Origin: Bugula neritina
Taxonomy: Eukaryota; Animalia; Bryozoa
Length of the DNA stretch: 64,000 nucleotides
Assembly (NCBI GenBank): GCA_964035545.1
Contig: OZ037767.1
Coordinates: 11,604,581 to 11,668,580, forward strand
Direction: 5' to 3'
Shown here: piece after piece, positions 38,001-50,000 of the stretch
Layout of the letters: every line of letters starts with the position of its first letter
How positions within the stretch are numbered: position 1 is the first letter of the stretch
Notes under the pieces: model-generated
Told to the model about the DNA's origin: nothing
The model's input: only the letters and a program-made list of their open reading frames with translations
The model's database searches: none
Position numbers and translations under genes: made by a program

Positions 38001-41000
38001 GAAGACAAATCTAATTCATTGTTTATAGACTTGAAAGATTGATACTAACCACTGAATACTGACTTCCATTCACTATTCAGGCATGGTTTTTTGCATCGAT
38101 TGATTACAATATTCTAAAACTTGCTAATGTTGGCACCAAGCTGTAACGTAGTATTTAGCTAATTCAATTGCACTTTTAAACTCAACACACAATCATTGCT
38201 AACTTGTGAAAACTCCTGTAAGTGGAGGGTTGTGCATGAGTACTTCTGAGTATCGAATTTTTATAATTCATGTTACGTTGTCCCACAGAGCAACCAATGA
38301 AGCTAAGTAAGTTTAGCATACATGTCCATGTTGGCTTTCTTTAGCAGACCTTGATAGCATATAACAATCTGAAATGAGCATTTAGACGTTAAACATAAAA
38401 ATTTAGCATCTTTTCATATTCTCTAGCTATGATCTGGCCTATGAGTAAAAAGATAAGCGCATGTCAAACTGGGTCAGCAAAAGAAATTATTAAAACGCTA
38501 TTCATGTCATCATTTGTACATAAATTTTATTTTTTTATTTTAATGATTTCTGAATTAAATTTGGATAGTAATAAATAAAACGTTTCAATGCTCATTTCAC
38601 AGATAGCTTTAGTGTAGCATATTTCATAGAGTTACTAATATTTCTCTAGTATTTATTTGCTACATGTGAAATGTCTGGCTAGTTACTATGTATGCTATGT
38701 CTCCAGTATGCTTATACCATGTATTAGCACACCTTTTGGTGTATTTTCTTTTTACGTTTAGTTTGCATAGCATCTTAAAGCTGTGAATATGGGTAGTATA
38801 AATTCCTTAAGATGTGTCACTATTATAACTGATGAATATAATGTGAATGCATTGCATTGTCCTCTCTAAATACATCTCTGTATTAAATATTTTCTAGTTT
38901 ACAGTTATTCCAGCTGTGTAGATATTGTGAGACTAGTTCTAAATATATTCAATAATAGTATTTGTGCAATAAAAACTAGAAGGAAAAATTATGAAGCTCA
39001 GCTTTTATTTTCATACATTTTCACATCCCAACAACCTGCTACTATTTTAGCTCATTTCTCTCTTCCTTGCTTTAGTTGTTGCCTAATTATTAGAATGTCT
39101 GCTTTATTTCCAATGGTTTGACTTAGTCAACGAATTTTTGCTAGGGTTGTTTTCTTATAAAGATTCTTGTGTAGCTATGTTCACTGTATTTTGGGTTCAA
39201 TTTTAAATCCTGGTTAAATCAGGTGTCGTTTTAATTTTATTATTTTGTTCTGTCGCAAATAGTCCAAGACTAGAGACAGAAATACTAGTGGAAATATGTG
39301 TTGAGACAAGTGGTCAGCTAACCACAGGCAAAGCTAGGCTTGAAAAAACTGCTGCTTTGAAGAAGGTTTTCTGAAGTTGAATAAACAATTTGTTATAGTT
39401 TATGTCTCTATGAACTGACTTATGGTCACCTTTGGTCACCTTTCACCGCCGTGATCCTTCGCGGGGGGGGGGGGGCGGGTATATGAACTGACTTATGTTT
39501 CAATAAATGTTTTGTAACCATTCTAGGAATAAAGATGGGGCTTTTGTAAAGGCACCAAACCTGGAGAAGGCTAAGCTGATATATGCTGAGATAAAGGAGT
39601 GGGCAGTGGTATGTACAGAACACAGTTTACTGCAGGCTATAAGTTTACCAGTGAATTCTTTTATTATTTAAGTATGTTTAGTAAAGTGCACGAACTAAAA
39701 TTAGTTTAAACAAACTCAATTGCTTAGTTCAAATTATTTTAATCAAAGTAATTATTCAATCACCAAAAAATAATTCAAGTTATTTATAAATTACTGTTAA
39801 ATTATTATATAATCAAAACTGTTATGCTGGTTGATGTAAAATCTTCAAATGATATGTTTTTTCAGCTACTTCAAACCGAGCTTGACAAGTTTAGTGGGAG
39901 TTTGCTTCTCTCTAACAATGATGCCTTGACCGCTATTGAGTATGAGATATCTGGTTGGACAGAATGTGGTGTAGAGGTCTTTAACAGACACAGACATCAG
40001 GATGAATATCCCAATGACTACAAAGTCATGGTTAAACTCAACAAGGTAACACAGACATTGTAGTGCTGCGTTTTTAGGAGTTGCCTTCTTTTATATCTTA
40101 ACTGGGCAGAGCCTCCTCAAAAATGAAACCATTTATTATAGCATTACTTTACTTTCTCTTATAAGTTTAAGTTTTTTACTATTCTAGAATTGTTGAAAAA
40201 TTTACAAAAAATTGAATTATTTTGCACACTTTTGAATATTTTGAGTAGAAAGTTTAGAAATTTGTAAAAGGAATTGTAAATTTCTCATTCTCTAAAACTT
40301 AACAGCACTTTTCAAAAATAGCTCATAGGATAAGAACAAATCAGTAGAAGCTCCATGAAGAGTAAAATTATCTATTTTATTCTAAAGAATTTATAATCGT
40401 AAAGATTCGATAAAATAGGATGTCATAATTAGTTTTGGGCTGCTTTCATTATCAAACGAACATTTGACTGCATTTCACTCAAACTTTTATCAAACTTGCA
40501 GAGCTCTTGTTGAATAGTTAAAAAGGTTTTGTTGGGTTTTCAAATGTTTTAGGCTTGTGTGTTTAGCTGATTTATAATCTAAAGATAGATCACAAAACTT
40601 TACGACAATGTGTTTCGAGTCTCGGTTCTAGGTTTGGACAGATAAACCTGTGAGAGAAAATAGTGGTGGTGTTTAGGCTTTAAACTGAATTAAAATGGTG
40701 TACTTGCAGACTCTACGAGACATGTGTCTACAATATGGCAACAGAGTGACTGGAGAGAATGGTGTGGCTAAGTACATGATACAAATAAACACAGGGTTTG
40801 AGACCTGGGAGAATAAACTGATAGGTATCATACACTCTGGACAGACATTGGCTCACAGGTGAGTCATGTGACTGCTTTCCATAGAATTTGTGTAACAATA
40901 AATGACGATCTGAGCTATTAATAGAAGCAGTCAAGCAGCTAATATAATAGTTATTGTAGTTTTTTATTTTCAAAAACGAATTGTTACACAGAGTTTTTAG

Positions 41001-44000
41001 GTATACAGTTTTGCTTGAACACAACACTGTAAGACGTTGATGGTACCATTAGTTTGTGATGCTATATACTACTATTTTAGATCAATTTTATATATAAATT
41101 GCTAATTAGACTTGCATACTAAACGAAAGTAATAGCCTGCTACAGATTTTAAGTAGTTTAGCCTCAACTCCACAACAATAAAATCATTGATGACCACAAA
41201 TTAGCCAGACCAGAGTAGAGTAGTGTTGATTACCAGCCCTCACTAACTAATCTTAGGCAATGTAGTTGTACTTGGCTAACTTTGGAAATTGCTAGAAGCA
41301 GCACAAAGTTGGAGGTTATTGAGTACATTGTATGTGTAGACATCATTGTCCAAACTTCAAAACCCCACCTCTATTCACTGCGCTCAATGACCACCAACTT
41401 TATGCTGCTTTACGCCATTTCTAACTAACTAACTCCACCTGCTCGTAGCTCAAGGAATAGAATTCATATTTTAATTACTCCGTATGTACAGCAAACCTTC
41501 CCAACTAACATAGTCCGTTGGACTCAATAGACTAAGCTCCTTAAACTTGTATGTTTTTACTTATCATCTGCTTCAGTGATACCGAGTCAGATTTGCTAGA
41601 TGATGACGAAAGGTATAGATTGTCAGTTACTTTTGCTTCTCTTTGTTCTAGATGTTAACTATCATTTATACTACACGTTATAAATGTGTTTCTGTTTCTA
41701 TATTAAGTTTCCTATATCTCATGTAACATCTAATTGGATGCTGCCCATGCATTAGCTTCGATAGGAAGGGTTTGTTTGTAAAGAACCAAAGCTAAAGGCA
41801 CTTGACATGCTGTGTTTTAAGAAAATTTTCCTAAAGCCAAGTGGCTTGGACTTGCAAAACATTATTAAAAATTCAATCCAATAGTTTGAAAAAAAATATC
41901 AAAAATAAGTTGGTGTAGTTTTGGGCCAGAATTTGTTTTACCAGCTCTATGTACATACATTATAATACCAACTAAATAGCCTTGAGACTTGCATATAATC
42001 AATGGTTTTGTAATTGTGCACACTTATTTATTAGAAGATAAGTTTTGTTGATGAAATAGAAGTTTTCAAGTGTAACAATGTTTGTTTGGAAAGGCTAAAG
42101 CAAATCATGCAGAATTACTTAAACCCAGTTGTTACTGAGATTAGACATACAAGTAGAATCAAGAAATAACTTTTCTGTGCATGCTGTTAGCCATTTTGAT
42201 TTTCTATACATGTAGTGTCTTATATGTTTCAATAGAATTTAACATTTATCTTCTATTTAATTCTTAGCTGTAGTACATGTTGTTTAACCAAAGTCTTTCT
42301 AAGTTTGTGCATTATAACTAACACAACATTATGGTTGCACTAGAAGCTGAGACTTTACACATAGTGCTCTTGCTTACATGTATTTTGTTTGACAAAGCTA
42401 AAACCTGCTACCAACTTCCTTTATTTTGATGCCAACAAGCTTTTCATCATAACCTCTTTCATTTATTGCCAGCCTCTACTACTGTTTAATTTTGAACATG
42501 CACTCTGAATAACGGCAGTACAGCTATAGTAGCCACGATGTATTGTTAGCTGACTAATATTACCTTTATTCTCCTCAACCTCTAATCACTTCATATCCTC
42601 TCATTCTAGTCTGTTTTCTCCTTCCGAAAACACACTCCATTCTAGAAAAATCTCTTTCCAGACTGTCAAGACTCAAACTGATAAAAGAGCGCCCAAGTAC
42701 AATGGTAATCTTTTAAATCTGAGGTCCAAAACTGAGATATACATATACTAATCGCATATTGTTATGTTTACAAGACAAATTTTTAAAATCCTTTTGTTAA
42801 TTTCCAGTCTCTACAACATCCATCATACATATTTACTAGAAATATTTTTACGCGTCAAGAATTAAATTCCCATACACAGACAGGCGGTACTTTCTTACAT
42901 GATTTACTAGTACTTGGTTCCTGCTTACTTAGCCAAGTCTTCTGAATTCAACATAACTTCTCTTTATAACAATTCACAAAGTTATTGTCACTTTTTCTCA
43001 CTCTGTTTAACTTTTTCTGTCATTTCATCTTTCTACTTCCTCAAATACCTCTAGTGCCATTGCGTAAAACCAATAAAAAACCAAGACAGAAAAAACAACA
43101 TGGAAAATTGAATTTACATAAAAACAAGAGTCATCAAAGCAATTTCCTTCAAGTGGTGACAGCATGGTCAAGAGGCAGCCCTCATGCATCAACACATCAT
43201 GTCACGCATCACACCATGATGGAGAAATCTGCTTCTTCCAACACCATCCACTCTAATGTTTCAGTTCTCCCTCTCAGCAATAAAGGATCTTTCGATGACA
43301 AAAGCATTGTTCTGTCAGTTTCCTATTTTCTCTCATTTTACTCGATTTATGTTGTTGAAACCTGACTATGTCATTTATGTTGTCTTGAAGAATGTGTCAA
43401 ATTTTAAGAAATGTGTATTTCAGATTATTGTGCAGTGGCATATTAAACAGATGCAATAATTAATTCAGTTGACTGAAATAATGCATAACTTTGTGTAGTT
43501 TCAGTATGAAATATTTTTTTCAATTACAGTATAGCCTGCAATATATTTGTAGCTATAATACAGACTAGTTAAACCAAATAATTTAAATGTAACATGTTGC
43601 AGGGAGTGGATGTCATTTATGGAGCAGATGGATGAGTGGGTGCTGGCTGTAGACAACTGTATAGAAAGCATTGGTTCTGTCAACACTGAAGACGACAAAG
43701 AGAAAGGAAACATTGCTCAAAAGTGAGTTAGAAGTCTGTTGTAGCAATATCTGAAAGTTTTAGCATTACTGACCAATAAAAAATGTAAGCTAATATTCGT
43801 TTTTTGCCAACCTTCTACTAACGGATTAGTTGCTTTCAATTGACAATGGAAAGTTTTTCTAATTAAGATATATTGTCATATTAACGTTTTATATAACTTT
43901 TTGCTATGATTTTTTTTACCAAAAATTTCTTAAAGCACTATTTTTTGCATTGTTGCCCTGTGCTTAGTTCCTAGTTTTACCAAACTCTTCAATCTATTTC

Positions 44001-47000
44001 TGTCTTCTGTCTCTGTAGCATCGAGATTAAGTCAGCAGCCAGCTTAAAGCACTTTAAAGAATCCCTGACACACTTTACTTATATAGCACGAAAATATTCA
44101 TCTATTTCTTAGCTATCACTAGACCACCCCTTTGAGGGTGGATGGCTAGACTATTTTGTTTTATAACAAGATTAGTGCATGCATGTCCAGAAAACTTTCG
44201 GATTTCTAAGCTCTCAGTGCACACGTATTACGCCGGTTTCCGGTCTGCTTCGAGTCCTAGTTACTATATAACTAATAGTAATAATTGCATACTTTCACAG
44301 CGTTTTATTTTTAGCCACTGCAACACACAGATAAATCACTAAACTGACATAAATTTTAAAACACAGAGTACAACTAAGGCTCAATGAAAAAAACAAATGA
44401 TACCATTTTATTATTGATATTAAGAGCTAAAGTTACTTCCGTTAGAAATTTTGAGCATCGGAAAAATGAAATAGCCTCACCCTCACGATGTAATTAGAAC
44501 GGGTGGCTAAGTACGGCGATAACACGATATTGTTGAAAGAAATTAGCTAAATCCAACGAGTGGTAAACTTTTCTATAAAACATTACAAATTTTTATAATT
44601 GCATATTCAATTATGTAACTTATTACGCTTCCAAATAGATTATCATTACCGTAACCGGATATTACCAATATAACCTGTGCCTAGTAGTAGTCGCTCGCTA
44701 TCTATATAAATTAGATTTCATATTCATATTGCCATTGGACTCTAATGAACAAACTTATTACCTATATTACTAGTTACACTTACTGTCGACATGACTACAC
44801 GAATGGCTTCAAGTTCTAAAGGCAAATGCAAAAGAAGAGTGTGTGAAGCTGCAATGTGTTCGTACAAGGAAAAACACATGTTTAAATGGCCTGCTGATAC
44901 TCATACTGCGTGTGGTGAAAAATGGACCAAGTTTGTCAATACGAAAAGAAAAACCTTTCTGCCTGATAACAACTCTCGTTTGTGTTTTCAGCATTTTGGT
45001 GATGAACAATTTACAAACATGGGCATGTATAAAGCAAAACTCATTAACATGTAAGTGAATAACTCACTCAAACTCATAGTCATAGTGATACTGACTAATG
45101 ACTTAGTGATTGTGATATAATTAGACGATAGGCTAATGATAGTTTTTTTAATGTTGATTTTCAACAATAAGTATAACTATAACTATCAAGTATTACTACA
45201 AGTTGGTATAAGTCAATAGGATTGTCATGACCGTGTTGATTCAATTTCATGTGACTATGACATAAACTTGCAAGTACAAGTTTGCATTTATGATTTACAC
45301 GATAACCATTATTGTAAGGAAATTCATTTATAATGGCGATAATATGAAAGACTTATGATTATCAGAATGTGTCATAGTCACTTGGATACATACCATTAAT
45401 ATTATGATTCATACGCACTGATACTCATGCTATGAGTATGATACTGGTAATGGTGCCCATCATCAATACCAGTAAAAATTAATGGTAAATATTGTTCACT
45501 TATTGAAAGAATAAAAATTCATTGTCTTTGATTTACTCTTTAGATTGCATTTAGAGAAAACAGCAGTCCCAACTATTCATTTAGTGGAAACTGAGGGTGC
45601 AACTGGATGCACTCCATTAACTCCTCGGAAACAAAGTCAGCAGGCGGCCACTATCACACCTAAAGAAGCTCGCTGGTTAAAAAGAACAGACCCTGGTTTT
45701 CTGTAAGGATTATAATATTGAAAATGCGATCTTGAGCAATAAAATTGAAATATGATATAGACAGCAATGGAGATTTTCTGCAGCTGTTTCAATAATACTT
45801 TTCCAGTTACCTTCATATATAATAATATTTTAGAGCTTTGCCAAGTCAAACAAAAAAACCAGCTCTCCATCGTAAGCCAGAAAAGAAGGGCCTACAGAAA
45901 GGAATAGGACACAACAAATATGTGCAAACACCTAAAAGGATGCAGAAAAAGATTAGAAGCAAAGCTGTTCAATGCTGGTATATAGAAATATGGCGAAATA
46001 GTATTGTTCACTTAGCTCAAAAACTGAATTCATAGCTTTTCTCCATATTTATTTTTATTTAAAATGCATGTTCTAATGCAACAAAAAACCAAATATTTTT
46101 GTGTAATGGAAATAATATTTTTAATTTTCCACCTCAAGGTGTGTCAAAAATAAATTTGGACAATATATCTACTTGTAGTCTCAGTTTCCATTGAAATGTA
46201 GATATTGTAGAATATGATCTTAGAGTCACTTGAAAAGTTCAGCGCAAAAATAGTCACCATATTGAAGTATATTCACCATTATTGCAACTCAAACTCAACG
46301 GTAAATTAATTTCAAAGGTCAGGGAGATTGCAAATAATGAGGTTTATTCTCATAGTAAGCTGTACACACTACAAGAGGCAGTAGCAACTGACTGCTACTA
46401 AAAATCACCAGAGTGTTAATGTTCATAAATCTTCATTGTACACGAATTTGCTGAACATCCATTCAGCAAATTCTTCCTCATCTTCAGTTGGGGGGAATGT
46501 AGCTTGCACCCAATCGTATAAGCAAGCTGGTAAAGGGCGTCTCTCACCCTTTTTAATATCTGGAAACAGCCAGAACACCAAAAACCGGTAGCTGCAGAAC
46601 CTTTTTTTAGTGTTGAGAGAATGGGCCTTCTCATCAAACAAATCATCTACCAAAATAAATGATTGGCTAAATAATCAAGTAAGACTATCTAGAAAAACTA
46701 ACAATGACAGTTACTGATCTACAGTAGCAATTGACTAACCATGATATCTCAGGTAGCTGCTGTATGCAACTTCTAATACAGCTGGTTGCGTCAATTGCTG
46801 TACTCCCGGGTGCTGTGTTATACATTCCATGCTGCTATCTAATCGAAGGTTTGCAGCATGATCACGGCAACAAACAGACTGTTCCACTGTAGGCTGATTT
46901 TGGCAGCGGTGGCAAGTGCACCACTCCGTGGCTGGCCTTATATTTTTCTACAAAACAAACAAGCTTTTCTAAAAACGTTATTACCAGTATCATCCACATT

Positions 47001-50000
47001 AAGTCCATTAATTACTGTGTCTAAATTTGTTTCCTGTATTTTTCTTTGTATTGAAAATTGAGTCCAATGAGGCTGAAGTTTGAAAATACTTTAAAATCAT
47101 GGGTTTTAAAATATTCCAAGTTTGCATTACTGTTCAAACTATTTTTATATTTATAGTTGAAAATTAATTAGATTTTTTATATTAAAACAAACTCATAATT
47201 TTTGCTATGAAATAAACTAATTTTCAGAAATTTTAAAATATTTTATTGTTGTTAGTACTATATGTTATACTATAAAAGCAGAAATTCAGAGAAATAGGGG
47301 GCTTAGAAATAAAATACTAAATGTTATCATCGTGAATGCAAGTTTGACATGAATATGTATGTGATTAACTTATTTTGTTAAGGATCGGTATAACCACAAT
47401 TACAATAAAAGTGAATAATAATCATCATTATTATGCATTTATAACAATACAGTCTTTCCCTTGACTTAAATTATCAGGTAAATCTAACTACAAATAATTA
47501 ATACTAATACCTGTATTGGTAGTAGTAATAACAAAATTAGTATTGATCAAATATTTAATTACTTGACTGGAATTTGTAATCATTAAATTTAATGATTATC
47601 ACTTTATTATTAATAATATTATATAAACCGATACTATAGCAATCATCAAATATTTAGCTTGTAATTTCAATTTGATATCATGCTTGCTCTAACGCTTTAG
47701 TAGCACAAAACTCAGCTATATTAACTAATTAAGCCAGGATCAATACGAGCATTAGCATTGAGCATTGGAATTACGATTACAAAATGAAAATGAAATATTA
47801 TAATTATAATAATTTATAACTTATACTAGCTTATACTTATAACTTAAAGTATTACTATTACTATTAGTATTACTATTAGTATTACGGTATTAGTAACACT
47901 ATAGTTTATAAAATTAAATCGTACTGATACTGTAAAATTATAAATATTATCACCTGTTAGTGTTGCTCATCAGTAACAGTAAAATCCTTGTCATGACCAT
48001 CATCTCCATTTTCATCTTGATACGTAAACGGCTCAAACTGATAGCCCATTACTTCAGAAATCTCAGTGACAGCGTGAGTGTGATTGTCATAGTCATACTC
48101 ATTGCGATTCTCACTGTGCTCTAAGTATTCTTCGTCAGAGCCAGATATGTTCATATTAATATCGTATTTATGTTATTTCTGTATTAGGTTTATCTTTATC
48201 ACAATTACACTGCACAGACTCGGACACGGTAAGTTGGTAGCTATGTATTTATTGCCGCGAAATTTGTTTATGAAATAAAACCTAAATTCCACAAAAAAAA
48301 TACTAATTGGGGGCTAGACAGACGTCCGATAAATTAAAAATGCTAAAACTAAGGTTACATGCAACGGAAAATATAGCCTATACTTATTTTCCGAATGTCT
48401 TACAGGCGGCGTTTCCATCTATTTCTCGCAACTGCGGTGTAATACGTCACAGAAGGGCGAAAAAAATTCTCGAAGTTTTTTGGACATGCATGCACTAAAA
48501 CTGTTATAAAACAAAATTGTTTAGACCTGAAACCCTAAAAGAGTGTTAAAATGATAGCTAAGACATAGATGAATATTTTCATGCTATATAAGTAAAGTGT
48601 GTCAGGAATTCTTTAACACTGTGTTCACTTCATTGTCTCTTCAAACAACAGCTGTGCTCTATACCGAACTGTAGATCTATATTTGGTAGACTAGTATATA
48701 CCTGCTTATTCACTTGAATGTTACAGGATAGATGTGCATGAGATGATGAGGAAGGCCCATATGTGGAGTGTGACTACTAACAACTCAATAGACAGCGAGG
48801 ATTCTAAATATATTGAACAAGTATGTGACTTGCTATAATTACAAGCCATAATTTAGTATTTGCATGAGATGACTCATAAGATGACTCATAGGGTGACTCT
48901 TATGATGAGTCATAGGGTGACGCTTATGGTGAGTCATAAGATGACTAATAGAATTACTCATATAATGACTCGTATGATAGCTACTATACTATAGCTTTTA
49001 TAGAACTTTACAATTTAGCAAACACATTTTGACATTTTTGAAATTTTACTTGACTCTAAATGCTGTTTTTGCTAAATATATTTTCTTTCAAAAAATCGTG
49101 CAGAAAAGACACTTATAAAAGTCATCAAAAGATTAAAGAAAATATTATTAGGATTTCTCAATGGTTTAAATGTTAAGTTGCCAAAAGTTCTTCAAACCAC
49201 CCCTGGTAAATTACAATTTAAGCTGTTTGACTTTGTAGGTGACTCAGTTACACACGCAGATGGTCAAGTGGATGGTACATATTCTTCTACGTCTAGCTCC
49301 GGACATGCCCGGCACTTCTGTGGAATCCATTGAACAGTCTCTTGTCAATTCTCCCTCAATTAATGACCTGGTAGAAGAAGCCACAGTCCTCTTTCAACAA
49401 CTCGATTCATTTTCACTTCTTATCCATGGGTAGGTCAACATGGTGGTGATGGTGAAAGTCTATGAAAACTATAATTGTGGTGATGAGATGCAATATCTAT
49501 GAAAGATGGTTGCAGTGGTATAATATTATATAGGCTAAATGATAATTTTTTTTGTTTTGTGGACAATGACATATTTTATGCTATCATGATCAATGAGAAG
49601 TGAAAAAAGATCTGAAAACTTATGCAACTGACCAAATATAAATAGGAATATACTCAATTAATAAAACCCTATCTAAAATTTGTTCCCTACGACCCTAAAG
49701 GTAATCTGTCGCGTAGGTATTTTGTACTAGAATTCTTAATCCTTTGAATCTCTATAATCTGGTATTAAGATCTGTGCATGAGAAATACATTTCTTTTGCC
49801 ATATTGAAGGACAAAACTGTTTTATAATTAGATACATAAGGCTAATGCACAAGCAAATAATGCATATTGAAAGATATTTTCATCTCCTTACATTGGGGAA
49901 TGTATTTGTATTATGTATTAAACTCTATGCTGGTAAAAACCAGTAAATATAAGCCTTTTTATAACTAATACTAAATTTGGTATGTATATGTGGTGCTGTA

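Larger units (their letters stand above)
44058..48612. mobile_element. Kolobok-superfamily DNA transposon, apparently non-autonomous (THAP gene + KolX gene, no DDE domain), in an AXDND1 intron
   Basis: TTAA at 44054-44057 and 48613-48616 (TSD). Termini 5'-AGAATCCCTGACAC...GTGTCAGGAATTCT-3'. The outer 61 bp of the TIRs differ at 3 positions and imperfect similarity extends ~150-180 bp. TTAA TSD, RR..YY ends, a THAP domain and a KolX gene are Kolobok hallmarks. Confidence 0.9.

Noticed and set aside
44058-48612. piggyBac or P-element assignment; P2RX7 receptor gene
   Set aside because: TTAA would fit piggyBac, but the ends are AG..CT rather than CCY..RGG. P elements make 8-bp TSDs. No P2X transmembrane or ectodomain sequence is present. 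THAP plus KolX fits Kolobok.
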